Part shown: positions 46,565 to 56,813 of the stretch, one piece after another
How positions within the stretch are numbered: position 1 is the first letter of the stretch
Layout of the letters: each line of letters begins with the position of its first letter
NCBI GenBank assembly: GCA_052326585.1
Contig: JBKQLU010000005.1
Location: 471-64,470 of the forward strand
Length of the DNA stretch: 64,000 nt
Direction: 5' to 3'
DNA from: Desulfobaccales bacterium
GTDB lineage: Bacteria > Desulfobacterota > Desulfobaccia > Desulfobaccales > 0-14-0-80-60-11
Made by a program: the position numbers and the translations under genes
Notes under the pieces: model-generated
What the model was told of the DNA's origin: nothing
Database searches by the model: none
The model's input: only the letters and a program-made list of their open reading frames with translations

Positions 46565-47071
46565 TTATAATTTCTTAGAGCAGGCCCGTATGAAAGCCGG
46601 GAGATCGGCGGGGCTGCGGCTGGAAATCAGATTGCCGTCCTCCACGACTTCCTGGTCAATAAATTCCGCCCCGGCATTTTTGATATCCTGGATCAGGGAT
46701 TTCCAACCGGTAATCTTGCGGCCTTTGAGCACCCGGGCGGTGATGAGAAGTTGCGGGGCGTGGCAGATCAGGCAAACCGGTTTGCCGCTTTCTACGAACT
46801 CTTTGACAAACCGCACCACGTGGTCATCGACCCGCAATTGATCCGGCGAATAACCGCCCGGAATCAAGAGGGCGTCGAAGTCGCCAACCTTGACCTCCTG
46901 GGCGGTTTTATCGACCTTAACCGGCGTGCCTTCCTTCTTGCCCTTTACGGTGACCCCACTCTTTAAACCGACATGAATCAGTTCGTGGCCGGCCTTCTTA
47001 AAGGCTGCTGCCGGCTGGGAATATTCCGAATCTTCGAACATGTCGGTGATCACGACCGCTACTTTACTCAT
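46565..47071 (-). CDS. DJ-1/PfpI family protein (type-1 glutamine amidotransferase fold)
   Basis: 'DALLIPGGYSPD' and nucleophile elbow 'VCLICHAPQLL'. ATG at 47071 follows AAGGAG. Confidence 0.88.
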   Translation of the reverse strand: MSKVAVVITDMFEDSEYSQPAAAFKKAGHELIHVGLKSGVTVKGKKEGTPVKVDKTAQEVKVGDFDALLIPGGYSPDQLRVDDHVVRFVKEFVESGKPVCLICHAPQLLITARVLKGRKITGWKSLIQDIKNAGAEFIDQEVVEDGNLISSRSPADLPAFIRACSKKL

Positions 47072-47119
47072 GGCGTCTCGCTCCTTTGAGGTGGAGTGCA
47101 TCCCCGGCTGGCGCGGCGC

Positions 47120-48127
47120 TTAACCCAGCCATTGGGGGTTGTGAGCCGTACTGTCGAAATGATCCGAGGTCTTGTAGAGTTCAAACTTGCCCCGCGCCGC
47201 GGCCTTGGCAGTCTTGGCCAACAGGGCCGCGACCTCTTGGGCGCTTAGGGGCCGGAAGGTGCGGGCCGCAGTCAGGGCCTGCTGCAAAATGGGCATGGAG
47301 TCACAGCCGGTAATCACCACGGCAACCGGCAGATTCATGTCATAGTGCAGGCATTCCATGGGGGTCACGGTGTTGCTCTCGAGCAGGAAGTGGTCACCCA
47401 TGGATTTTATCGCCAGGGGCCCGATGCCGTTCTGGAGGAGCACGGGCAGAACCTGTTTTTGGAAGCTGTCATAGTGTGCGTCCATGAGATTCAAGGGCAT
47501 TTGCACGGTGGCCGGGGTGAAGTTGTGAGCGAAGCAGAGTTCCAGCATCTTCAGGTGGATGGCCGGGCTCTTGTGCCCGGTGAAGCCGATATAGCGGATT
47601 TTTCCGGCTTTTTGCGCCGCGACCATGGCCCCGTACGCCCCATGGGGGCCAAAGATGCGCTCCGGGTCGGACATGCGAATCAATTCATGGAACTGCAGCA
47701 GGTCGATGGTATCGGTTTGCAGGCGCTTAAGGGACTCATCGAGCTGTTTGGCGGCTTCCGCCGCGGTGCGCCCATCGATTTTGGTCATGAGGAAAACCTT
47801 TTGGCGGTAGCCGTCCCGCAGGGCCTTGCCCATGCGGATTTCGCTTCGGCCGCCATTATAATCCCAGGAATTGTCCATGAAGTTGATGCCCTTGTCGATG
47901 GCGGCGCGGACGATGCGGATGCTCTCCGGCTCATCCGGCCGGCCGAGGTGAAAACCGCCCAGACCAACAATGGAGACCTTCTCACCCGTGCTGCCCAACG
48001 AGCGATAGGGGATCTGGCCGCCTCCCTGGTCTGCCCGGGCCTGGGATACCATCCCGGGAAACCGGGTCACCGCGGTTATGGTCGCGCCCAGGGTCGCCAA
48101 TCTATTGATAAACTGCCGCCGGTCCAT
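47120..48127 (-). CDS. aldo/keto reductase with twin-arginine signal peptide
   Basis: 'MDRRQFINRLATLGATI' Tat motif, then AKR blocks 'GINFMDNSWDYNGGRSE' and 'IRYIGFTGH'. Internal ATG of ORF 47120..48238. Confidence 0.85.
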   Translation of the reverse strand: MDRRQFINRLATLGATITAVTRFPGMVSQARADQGGGQIPYRSLGSTGEKVSIVGLGGFHLGRPDEPESIRIVRAAIDKGINFMDNSWDYNGGRSEIRMGKALRDGYRQKVFLMTKIDGRTAAEAAKQLDESLKRLQTDTIDLLQFHELIRMSDPERIFGPHGAYGAMVAAQKAGKIRYIGFTGHKSPAIHLKMLELCFAHNFTPATVQMPLNLMDAHYDSFQKQVLPVLLQNGIGPLAIKSMGDHFLLESNTVTPMECLHYDMNLPVAVVITGCDSMPILQQALTAARTFRPLSAQEVAALLAKTAKAAARGKFELYKTSDHFDSTAHNPQWLG

Positions 48128-48536
48128 TTCTCCGTCCTTTCCAAAGGGGATTTGGGGCAGTCGCGCCGCAGGCGAGGAGAACGAAAAACCAATAGGAGAG
48201 CGCGCCGGAAATACGCCTTTCTTTATAAAATTATACATTTTTCTCCTTTGTCAAGGAGAGGATGGCTAATGGGCCGGCTCTTTAACAGATCGCCTCGAAA
48301 ATAAGAAACCTGCGGCAACGGTACCCAAGAGCAAAACTACCTAGTAAAATAGTATATATATAATGATGGGAAAGCTGATCAGCGGTGGGTGCGCAGTAGA
48401 CAGCCGGCGCCTGGGGTGGTCCAGGGGAGAATTAAGGGCGGTGACTGCGACGGCCTGGCGCTGGTGATCAAGGGCGGTGCGTTTGGCGAAGGCGACACTC
48501 TAATGCGGCTATATGCCGCCTTGACTGGGAAGGTGT

Positions 48537-49592
48537 TTGTCCATGAGCGCTCCTCTTAAGAAGCCCCTCCTGGGAATCTCCATGGGAGACCCGGGCGGCA
48601 TCGGTCCGGAAATCTGTGCCAAGGCGCTGAACGATCCCGCCATCTACCGCATCTGCCGCCCCCTGGTGGTGGGCGACGGCGGCGTCATGGCCGATGCGAT
48701 CCGGTTCTGCCGTTTGCCGGTCTCGATCCACCCCTGTGAGCAACCGGAGGCGGGCCGATACAGCTTCGGCAGCATCGATGTGCTGGACCTAAAAAACCTG
48801 GCCGCGGGCCACCTGCGCCATAAGCAGGTGACCGCGGCGCAGGGCCGGGCCGCCTTTGCATACGTGGCCAAGGTGATCGAACTGGCCATGGCCGGCCGGA
48901 TCGATGCCACGGTTACCGCCCCGATCAACAAGGCAGCCATCAACGCCGCCGGGTATCACTATGCCGGGCACACCGAGATCTACGCCCGGTTCACCGGCGC
49001 CCGCGATTATGCCATGATGCTGGTAGAGGGGAAATTCCGCGTGGCACACGTCTCCACCCACGTGGCGCTGCGGCAGGCCTGCGATCTGGTCAGGAAGGCC
49101 CGCATCGGCAATGTAATCGAGCTGGCCCAGGGCATCCTGGTGCAAATGGGGATGGCCTCCCCGCGCCTTGCCGTTGCCGGTCTGAACCCGCACTGCGGCG
49201 AGGGCGGCCTCTTCGGTACGGAGGACGACCAGGAAATCGCCCCGGCGGTGGCCGCGGCCAGGGCAGCCGGAATCGACGCCGAAGGTCCGCTGCCGGCGGA
49301 TACGGTCTTCTCCAAGATGCTGGGTGGCGGGTACGATTTGGTGGTGGTGATGTACCACGATCAGGGGCACATCCCGGGAAAGCTCCTGGGGTTCAAATAC
49401 GACGGCAAAACCGATACCTGGGTGAGTATGGCCGGAGTCAACGTGACCCTGGGACTGCCCATAGTCCGCACCTCGGTGGACCATGGCACGGCCTTTGATA
49501 AAGCGGGTGAAGGACGCGCCAATCCCCAATCCATGCTCGAGGCCATTCGCCTGGCAGCCCGGCTGGCCGCGGGCGGCGGCGCCGGTTCCTGA
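48537..49592 (+). CDS. pdxA: 4-hydroxythreonine-4-phosphate dehydrogenase family (PdxA)
   Basis: 'MGDPGGIGPEI', 'TAPINKAAINAAGYHYAGHTE' and 'VRTSVDHGTAFD'. Confidence 0.88.
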   Translation: MSMSAPLKKPLLGISMGDPGGIGPEICAKALNDPAIYRICRPLVVGDGGVMADAIRFCRLPVSIHPCEQPEAGRYSFGSIDVLDLKNLAAGHLRHKQVTAAQGRAAFAYVAKVIELAMAGRIDATVTAPINKAAINAAGYHYAGHTEIYARFTGARDYAMMLVEGKFRVAHVSTHVALRQACDLVRKARIGNVIELAQGILVQMGMASPRLAVAGLNPHCGEGGLFGTEDDQEIAPAVAAARAAGIDAEGPLPADTVFSKMLGGGYDLVVVMYHDQGHIPGKLLGFKYDGKTDTWVSMAGVNVTLGLPIVRTSVDHGTAFDKAGEGRANPQSMLEAIRLAARLAAGGGAGS

Positions 49593-49629
49593 GCGGCGCT
49601 CAGAATGGCAAAGTCTCGCCCATTTTTGC

Positions 49630-49717
49630 CACCCCCACCCTAACCCTCCCCCATCCAGGGGGAGGGAAAAAGGTACACCCCCACTCCCCTGGTGGGAGGG
49701 GGTTAGGGGGCGGGGGT
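49630..49717. repeat. nested GC-rich palindromic repeats
   Basis: ccctccccc-5 nt-gggggaggg (49644-66), plus flanking 'ccaccctaaccc' and 'gggttaggggg' arms. Confidence 0.75.
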
Positions 49718-49858
49718 AAAGAAACGCTTTGGCTTTCTAGGAGTCAGGCGGCCACAGGCCGCCCTATAAAATCCAAAAATATTAGATTCTTCCTTAGCGT
49801 CCCGGAGGCAACTGCGCCGGCAGGCAGGGAAGAGATATCCCCGCGGGGTGCGAGCTTC

Positions 49859-50935
49859 CTACAACGCCGCGGCAATTGCGGCGCCGACCTCGGAGGTGCT
49901 GGCCTTGCCTCCCATATCCCGGGTATGCGGTCCGGCCAGGATGATGGCCTCAATGGCATGGATGATGGCATCGTGGGCCGCACTGAATTGCTCCCTGCCC
50001 TTGGCCAAAAATCCGAGCATCATCGCGCCGGCCCAGATGGCGCCTATGGGATTGGCAATATTGCGCCCGTAAATATCCGGAGCCGAGCCGTGCACCGGCT
50101 CGAACATCGAGGGGAAGAGGCGTTCCGGGTTGAGGTTGGCGGACGGGGCAATGCCGATGGTGCCCGTGCAGGCTGGCCCGAGATCGGAGAGAATGTCTCC
50201 GAACAGGTTGGAACCTACCACTACATCGAATCGTTCCGGAGAAAGAACGAATTGTGCCGCCAGGATATCGATGTGGTACTTATCCCAGCGGACGTCGGGG
50301 AACTGGCCGGCCATGAGCTTAAGGCGCTCGTCCCAGTATGGCATGCTGATGGCGATGCCGTTGGACTTGGTGGCCGAGGTCAGGTGCTTTTTCGGACGGC
50401 TCCGGGCCAATTCGAAGGCGTATTTCAGGATGCGGTCGACCCCCCTCCTGCTAAAGACGGATTGCTGCAGGACCACCTCCTGCTCAGTGTTTGCGAAGAT
50501 CTTGCCGCCGATATCCGAATATTCCCCTTCGGTGTTCTCACGGACCACATAGAAATCGATATCGCCGGGGCGGCGCCCGGCCAGGGGGCACGGCACCCCC
50601 GCCATCAGCCGCACCGGGCGCAAGTTCACGTACTGGTCGAACTCCCGGCGGAATTTCAGCAGAGAACCCCAAAGGGAAACGTGGTCCGGTACTACCTCCG
50701 GCCAGCCCACCGCGCCGAGAAAGATGGCGTCATAGATTTTGAGTTGGTCGAACCAGCCGGTTGGCAGCATCCGGCCATGCTTGAGGTAGTATTCGGCGCA
50801 GGCCCAGTCGAAGTGCTTAAACTCGATGGCGATGCCGTATTTGCCGGCCGCGGCTTCCAGCACCCGGAGCCCTTCCGGGATCACTTCCTTGCCAATGCCG
50901 TCTCCGGGAATAACTGCAATTTGCTGGCGCTCCAT
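49859..50935 (-). CDS. isocitrate/isopropylmalate dehydrogenase family protein, tartrate dehydrogenase/decarboxylase-like
   Basis: 'IAVIPGDGIGKEV', 'VRENTEGEYS' and 'FEPVHGSAPDI'. Internal ATG follows GGAGG. Confidence 0.8.
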   Translation of the reverse strand: MERQQIAVIPGDGIGKEVIPEGLRVLEAAAGKYGIAIEFKHFDWACAEYYLKHGRMLPTGWFDQLKIYDAIFLGAVGWPEVVPDHVSLWGSLLKFRREFDQYVNLRPVRLMAGVPCPLAGRRPGDIDFYVVRENTEGEYSDIGGKIFANTEQEVVLQQSVFSRRGVDRILKYAFELARSRPKKHLTSATKSNGIAISMPYWDERLKLMAGQFPDVRWDKYHIDILAAQFVLSPERFDVVVGSNLFGDILSDLGPACTGTIGIAPSANLNPERLFPSMFEPVHGSAPDIYGRNIANPIGAIWAGAMMLGFLAKGREQFSAAHDAIIHAIEAIILAGPHTRDMGGKASTSEVGAAIAAAL

Positions 50936-50986
50936 TTTCCCTCGCCTCCGGTGGTCGGCTCCTGAGACAGGAGGTCTCACCAACTT

Positions 50987-51691
50987 TTATATTCCCAGGT
51001 AGGCCTGGCGCACCAGGTCGCTTTGCAAGAGCTCGCGGCCCGAGCCCTCCATGACGATGCGGCCGGTCTGCAACACGTAGGCCCGCTGGCAGACCTGCAA
51101 GGCCTCGAAGACGTTCTGTTCGACCAGGAACACGGTGACGCCCTCGCCTGCGATAGATTCCACGGTACGGAAGATCTCAGTGACCAGCTTGGGCATGATG
51201 CCCATGGAGGGCTCGTCGAGCATGAGAAGATCGGGCCGGGACATGAGCCCCCGGGCAATCGCCACCTGCTGCTGCTCGCCGCCCGAAAGCGTTCCGGCCC
51301 GCTGGCCGGCGCGCTCTTTGAGCAAGGGGAACAACCGCAGGACGTTCTCAAAGCTTTCGTCAATCTGTTCCTGGGAGTTTATGGTGTAGGCCCCGAGCAG
51401 CAGGTTGTCCCGGACCGACAGGCGCGGAAAGAGCCGCCGCCCCTCCGGCACCAGGGAGATCTTCTTCTTGACGATCTCATGGGCAGGATGGCCGGAGATC
51501 ACCTGGTCATGCAGGCGGATCTCCCCCTGCATCGGCTTCAAGAGGCCCATGATCGTCTTGAGCAGGGTGGTCTTGCCGGCCCCGTTCGAACCGATCAGTG
51601 AGACGACCTCGCCGCGCTTGACCTCGAACGAGACCTCCTGGAGGGCCAATAGCCCCTTATAGCCCACGGACAAGTTATCGACCGACAGCAT
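50987..51691 (-). CDS. livF: Liv-type ABC transporter ATP-binding protein (LivF-like)
   Basis: Walker A 'GSNGAGKTT', signature 'LSGGEQQ', Walker B 'LLMLDEPS'. Confidence 0.85.
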   Translation of the reverse strand: MLSVDNLSVGYKGLLALQEVSFEVKRGEVVSLIGSNGAGKTTLLKTIMGLLKPMQGEIRLHDQVISGHPAHEIVKKKISLVPEGRRLFPRLSVRDNLLLGAYTINSQEQIDESFENVLRLFPLLKERAGQRAGTLSGGEQQQVAIARGLMSRPDLLMLDEPSMGIMPKLVTEIFRTVESIAGEGVTVFLVEQNVFEALQVCQRAYVLQTGRIVMEGSGRELLQSDLVRQAYLGI

Positions 51692-52415
51692 CGTATCGAT
51701 CTCCCAGGTAGGCTCGGATTACCTCGTGGTCGGCCACCACCTCTTTGGGGGGACCCTCGGCGATCTTGCGGCCGGAGTTGAGCACTATCACGTGGTCGGA
51801 AAGCTGCATGACCGCCTCCATGACATGCTCCACCACGACTATGGTAATCCCCCGGGCCCGCACTTGGCGGATCAGCTCGATCATCTCTCTCAGTTCCACC
51901 AACGTCAGCCCCGCCATAGACTCGTCGAGCATCAGCAACTCGGGCTCCATCACCAGGGCCATGGAGACTTCGAGCCGTTTCTTGTCGGAAACGCTCAACG
52001 CCTGGGCATTGTAGTTGCGCTTGGCCGCCAGGCCCGTGAAGGCCAGCACCTCCTCCGCCTTCAGACGCACGTCTTTCACGCGCAGGCGGCGCAGGAAGCC
52101 GCCGGTCATGACGTTTTCCAGCACGGTCATGTCGCTGATCACCTGGGCGATCTGGAAGGTGCGCACCGCGCCTAGCTTGGCAACGGCGTGCGGTTTCTTG
52201 TTGGTGATATCGAGGCCCTTCAAGAGCACCCGGCCCTTGTCCAGGCGGTGAAACCCCGTGATGCCGTTGAATAGCGTACTCTTCCCGGCGCCGTTGGGAC
52301 CGATGATGCTTAAGATCTGTCCCCGGCTCACCTGGAAAGAGATATCGTCATTGGCCCGAAGCCCGCCAAAATATTTGCTGACGCCCTGTACGTCCAGCAA
52401 TAGCGCCGCGTTCAT
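51675..52415 (-). CDS. livG: Liv-type ABC transporter ATP-binding protein (LivG-like)
   Basis: 'GPNGAGKST' and 'LLMLDE'. Has the typical LivG C-terminal extension. Confidence 0.85.
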   Translation of the reverse strand: MNAALLLDVQGVSKYFGGLRANDDISFQVSRGQILSIIGPNGAGKSTLFNGITGFHRLDKGRVLLKGLDITNKKPHAVAKLGAVRTFQIAQVISDMTVLENVMTGGFLRRLRVKDVRLKAEEVLAFTGLAAKRNYNAQALSVSDKKRLEVSMALVMEPELLMLDESMAGLTLVELREMIELIRQVRARGITIVVVEHVMEAVMQLSDHVIVLNSGRKIAEGPPKEVVADHEVIRAYLGDRYDAVGR

Positions 52416-53383
52416 TCTTCCCTCTGCTCCGGCGCGGCCATAGCTCCCCAGACGCCGTTGGGCCGATACATCGAGATGACGGTAATCAGGACGCCGTAAA
52501 TGATCATGTCAAAGCCGGTGCCTTTGTAGCCCAGCCAGGACCGGGAATACTCGGAGAACGGGATCAGGATCGCGGCCCCGACCACCGGCCCCAGCACCGT
52601 GTTCGCCCCGCCCAGCATAGCCACCAGCACTATCTGGACTGAAACCGTCAGGGGCATGACGCTGGCCGGGTCGATGTAGAGAATATACTGGGCATAGAAG
52701 GTCCCGGCCATCGAGGTGAGGAAGGCGCTGATCATGATGGCATAGAGGCGGTAGCGCACTACGTCAACGCCCAGCACCTGCGCGACTTCATGGCTCTCTT
52801 TGATCGCCCGGAAATAGTAACCCATCTTGGAAGTGGAGACCAGGCGGGCCACGACCAGGGAAAGCAGCAGGAAGGCCATGATGATGTAGCAGTAGGGCAG
52901 CTTGGTGGAATTGAACATGAAGTGGGCCATGGACCCTTTCATCATGGGAATGGTAAGTCCCTCCGCCGCGCCCACCATTTCCCAGTTGTTGAAAAAAATC
53001 CGGACGATCTCCGCGAAGGCGATGCTGGCAATGGCGAAGTAATGGCCGCGCAGGTTGGAGCACGGGTAACCGATGGCCGCGCCGACAAGCGAGGAGATAA
53101 CCCCGCCGGCCACCAGACCGATCCACGGGCTTACCTGGAAGGTCATGAGCAAAAATGAGGAGGTGTAGGCCCCGATCCCGAAAAAGGCCGCCTGCCCGAA
53201 GGAGAACATGCCGGCATAACCGCCCATGATGTTCCACGCCACGCCGCACATGGCGAAGATGCAGGTGAGGATCATGACATGTTGGCCAAAGGGGACGAGC
53301 AACGGCGGCAGGACGAGAAACAGCGCCAGCACCGCGGCGCCCACGGCTAATTGTTTGGCGCTTATACCCGGCATCCCTACCAC
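52412..53383 (-). CDS. livM: Liv-type ABC transporter permease (LivM-like)
   Basis: 323 aa polytopic protein. Overlaps livG and livH as in liv operons. Confidence 0.83.
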   Translation of the reverse strand: MVGMPGISAKQLAVGAAVLALFLVLPPLLVPFGQHVMILTCIFAMCGVAWNIMGGYAGMFSFGQAAFFGIGAYTSSFLLMTFQVSPWIGLVAGGVISSLVGAAIGYPCSNLRGHYFAIASIAFAEIVRIFFNNWEMVGAAEGLTIPMMKGSMAHFMFNSTKLPYCYIIMAFLLLSLVVARLVSTSKMGYYFRAIKESHEVAQVLGVDVVRYRLYAIMISAFLTSMAGTFYAQYILYIDPASVMPLTVSVQIVLVAMLGGANTVLGPVVGAAILIPFSEYSRSWLGYKGTGFDMIIYGVLITVISMYRPNGVWGAMAAPEQREE

Positions 53384-54234
53384 CCCATGAGTCCTTGCGG
53401 CCTGATCCAGACCGTGATCAGGTAAATGAGGAAGACGATTGCCAGCTTGTAGGCCGGGTTAAAGATATAGCCGCCCACCGTCTGGGCGACCCCGACAATG
53501 ATCGCGGCTACGAAGGCCCCTTCGATGCTGCCGAACCCCCCCAGCGCCACGATGCAAAAGCAGATCAAACCGAAGGTCCCGCCTACGAAAGGAAAGATGT
53601 AGTAATGGGTGGCGAGCAGCGCCCCGGCCACCCCGACCAAAGCGGAGCCGATGCCGAAGGAGAGCGAGTTGATGCGCTCGATGTTGATGCCCATAATCGA
53701 CGCGGCTTCCCGGTCCATTTCCACGGCCAGGATGGCCTTGCCGGTGCGGGTATGGCGCAGGAACCAGAAGACCAGGAAGGAGGTAATGATGCTGCCGATG
53801 GAGCTGACCACCTTGGGGACGCTGAGAATGATGCCGGAGATGTTCCAGGTGCCGGACAACAGCGTATGCCCGATGGAGCGGTAATTCGGGGTCCAGATAA
53901 GGGCGGCGAAGTTGGCCAGAAAGATGCTGACGCCAAAGGTGACCACCAGTTGCGCCAGCAGCGGGCCGGTCATCACCTTGCTGATGACGAAGCGGTAGAT
54001 TAACATGCCCAGCAGGAAGAGGGCCACGGCGTTGAGCGGTATCGAAAACAACGGGTCGAGGCCCGCCAGCGCGTAGAGCCAGTAGGAGATGAACATGCCG
54101 ATCATGAGGAACTCGCCGTGTGCGAAGTTGATCACGTTCATCACCCCCCAGATCAGGGTCAGACCGATGGCCAACAGGGCGTAAACCAGGCCGATGAGCA
54201 CGCCGTCGATCAGTTGCTGCAATAACATTTCCAT
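53377..54234 (-). CDS. livH: Liv-type ABC transporter permease (LivH-like)
   Basis: 285 aa with 'LIWGVMNVINFAHGEFLMIG'. Confidence 0.85.
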   Translation of the reverse strand: MEMLLQQLIDGVLIGLVYALLAIGLTLIWGVMNVINFAHGEFLMIGMFISYWLYALAGLDPLFSIPLNAVALFLLGMLIYRFVISKVMTGPLLAQLVVTFGVSIFLANFAALIWTPNYRSIGHTLLSGTWNISGIILSVPKVVSSIGSIITSFLVFWFLRHTRTGKAILAVEMDREAASIMGINIERINSLSFGIGSALVGVAGALLATHYYIFPFVGGTFGLICFCIVALGGFGSIEGAFVAAIIVGVAQTVGGYIFNPAYKLAIVFLIYLITVWIRPQGLMGW

Positions 54235-54357
54235 GTGGCAACTCCAAGGCTGGTAGGAGAACCGGGCCCAGCGGACGGAAGCCAGGGGCCCCGGGCTAAT
54301 TGCCGAAGATGGAGGACGGAGGTTCAGCCTGCCGTCCTCCGTCCTCCGCCAGACGCT

Positions 54358-55626
54358 TTACTTGCGGCCCTGCCAGGCCGGGAAAGGCCATACTACTTCG
54401 CGGCTGGCGGCGTCCCAGGGCCAGACCGTATAATAGTGCTGGTCCAGGATCTGCACCAGCATGGCCTTGGCGTAGATGTTCTGGTGGGTCTTGGGATCGA
54501 ACTTTATGCCCTCCCAAGGGTAGATGAACTGGTCGCCGGGAATGTTGGTCTGCTCGAGAGCCCCCACCAGCGCTTCAGGTTCCGTGGACTTGGCCCGGTT
54601 GATGGCGTCGGCCAGCACGAAGGGCGCCCCGAAGCTGCGGGCGGCGTTCTCACCCATCTCGATCCCGTATTTCTTCTTGTAGAGATCGGCCACCTGTCCG
54701 ACCAGCGGTTTTTTCTTGGCCAGGTCCAGGGCGAAGGTCGAGCGCACCAGCATAAAGTCGCCGTCGCCCTTGACCGAAGGCAGGTAGTCGGACTCGATGT
54801 AACCGGACATGTTGATGAAGCCCTTGGGTACCACGTTCATTTCCTTGAAGGTCTTGGTAAAGAGGATGGCGTCGGTGATGTAGGCGGCGTGCATAATCAC
54901 GTCCGGCTTGGCTGCGACGATCTTGCCCACCTCGCTGGTCACGTCGCTCGAGTTCGCCGGGTAGGCAATGTCTGCCACGACTTTATAGCCGAACTCTTCG
55001 GCGTATTGGCGTTCCTGTTTGCCCACATTGGCCCCGAACTCGGTGTTTTCGTAAAGCAGGCCAATGGTCGCGACCTTCTGGCCCGTCTTCTTTTCCAGGT
55101 CCTTGAGGAACTCGAACTCGTTGCGCGCCATGGTGCCATCATGGGGCGAGACGCGGAAAAAGTATTTGAAGCCGCGCTCGGTCAAGGTGGGCGAGGAGGA
55201 GTCCGAACAGACGAAGGGGATCTTCAAGCGCTCGGCGGCCTGACTTCCGGTTTTGGTCACCGCGCTCTGGTAAGCGCCGATCACCGCCACCACCTTCTCC
55301 TGGGTGATCAGGCGCTCCGCCTCCGCCAAGCCGTTTTTGGGGTCGCCTTGCGTATCCGCGTAAATTATTTGGATCTTGGCGCCTCCCAGGCTGGGGATGC
55401 CTTCGGTTTTCGCGAAGGGCATGTTTAGGTCGTACTTGCCGTTGATGATCTCCACCGCCAGGTCGACGCCCCGTTTGCACTCCGCTCCCGTCGCGGCCAG
55501 GTTTCCGGTCAGGGGGTAAATCGCGCCGATCTTGATTACCTTCTCCTGGGCCTGGGCCAGTCCGGCGCCCAGCGCCAGGGTCATGGCAAAAACTGCTAAG
55601 ACCACTAAAACCCGCCGCATTTTCAT
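54358..55626 (-). CDS. ABC transporter substrate-binding protein (Peripla_BP_6 / LivJ-like)
   Basis: 422 aa with signal peptide 'MKMRRVLVVLAVFAMTLALGAGLAQA' and 'IKIGAIYPLTGNLAATG'. Confidence 0.85.
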   Translation of the reverse strand: MKMRRVLVVLAVFAMTLALGAGLAQAQEKVIKIGAIYPLTGNLAATGAECKRGVDLAVEIINGKYDLNMPFAKTEGIPSLGGAKIQIIYADTQGDPKNGLAEAERLITQEKVVAVIGAYQSAVTKTGSQAAERLKIPFVCSDSSSPTLTERGFKYFFRVSPHDGTMARNEFEFLKDLEKKTGQKVATIGLLYENTEFGANVGKQERQYAEEFGYKVVADIAYPANSSDVTSEVGKIVAAKPDVIMHAAYITDAILFTKTFKEMNVVPKGFINMSGYIESDYLPSVKGDGDFMLVRSTFALDLAKKKPLVGQVADLYKKKYGIEMGENAARSFGAPFVLADAINRAKSTEPEALVGALEQTNIPGDQFIYPWEGIKFDPKTHQNIYAKAMLVQILDQHYYTVWPWDAASREVVWPFPAWQGRK

Positions 55627-55925
55627 CTTCTTTCCTCCCGTTACGGAACCGCGGCTTTAAGCCCGGCCGCTATTGGATTGAAAGGTTGACCACACTCAGC
55701 GCCTGGAAACCCTCCCGGCGCGGAGTAACACCATTGGGGGCGCCAATGAAAACAGGCTGCGTTGGCGTTCAAGCTAAAATGTTTATGGCTGATGTGACTA
55801 AACCAACCTACTAGATCAGGCGCGCTTTTTCTACAAAAATTCCACTCTTTTCTTCATTGCCGCCCGGGGCTGACCCAGGAAGGATGCAAATCTTGCGATT
55901 CCTGATGCCGGCCCCGGCGCCGCGC

Positions 55926-56813
55926 TTACCGTTTCACTTCGATGTGGGCTCCCTTTTCATAGTATTGAATCAACCCGCCATGGTCATTATCTCCTTTGCC
56001 ATCGACCTTCAGCGCCTGCATGATTTCCATCACTGCGGCCGTAAGCGGCAAGGGGACCCCCAGTTCATGCGAGGTGTCCAGGACATTCTGCAGGTCCTTG
56101 ATATGGAGATTGATTCTAAATCCCGGATTGAACTTTCGGTCCAGCACCAGCGGCGCCTTCGCATCCAGAACGGTGCTCCCGGCCAGACCGCCGCGGATTG
56201 CCTGATAGACGAGCTCCGGACTTACGCCGGCCTTGGTCGCCAGGACCAGTGCTTCGGACATGGCAGCTATGTTCAAGGCGACGATTACCTGATTGGCGAG
56301 TTTCGTGACATTCCCGGCGCCGATTTCTCCGGTTAACACGACCGAGCCTGCCATAGCCTGCATGACCGGGAAGCATTTCTCAAAGACCTCTTTCTTCCCG
56401 CCCACCATGACCGAAAGCGTCCCATCTATGGCCTTGGGCTCTCCACCGCTGACCGGTGCATCCAACATCTCTATAGACTTTGCGGCGAGCTGGCAGGCCA
56501 CCTCCCGGCTGACCAACGGCGCAATAGACGACATGTCAACCACCACCGATCCGGCCTTGGCCCCCTCAATGATGCCGTCTTTTCCCAAGACAACCTGCTG
56601 AACCTGCGGAGAGTTGGGAAGCATGGTGATGATGATCTCGGTTTGCGCCGCGACTTCCTTAGGGGTTGCCGCCGTTTGCGCTCCTGCTGCCGCCACCTCA
56701 GCGACCGCGGCCTTCACCAGGTCGCACACGACCAACTGATAGCCTTCCTTGAGAAGGTTTTTGCTCATGGGCTTGCCCATGATTCCGAGCCCGATGAAGC
56801 CGATTTTTGCCAT
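55926..56813 (-). CDS. garR: 2-hydroxy-3-oxopropionate (tartronate semialdehyde) reductase
   Basis: By recollection, near full-length similarity to E. coli GarR/GlxR ('IGFIGLGIMGKPMSKNLLK', 'LDAPVSGGEPKAIDGTLSVMVGG', 'GAGNVTKLANQVIVALNIAAMSEAL'). Confidence 0.85.
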   Translation of the reverse strand: MAKIGFIGLGIMGKPMSKNLLKEGYQLVVCDLVKAAVAEVAAAGAQTAATPKEVAAQTEIIITMLPNSPQVQQVVLGKDGIIEGAKAGSVVVDMSSIAPLVSREVACQLAAKSIEMLDAPVSGGEPKAIDGTLSVMVGGKKEVFEKCFPVMQAMAGSVVLTGEIGAGNVTKLANQVIVALNIAAMSEALVLATKAGVSPELVYQAIRGGLAGSTVLDAKAPLVLDRKFNPGFRINLHIKDLQNVLDTSHELGVPLPLTAAVMEIMQALKVDGKGDNDHGGLIQYYEKGAHIEVKR

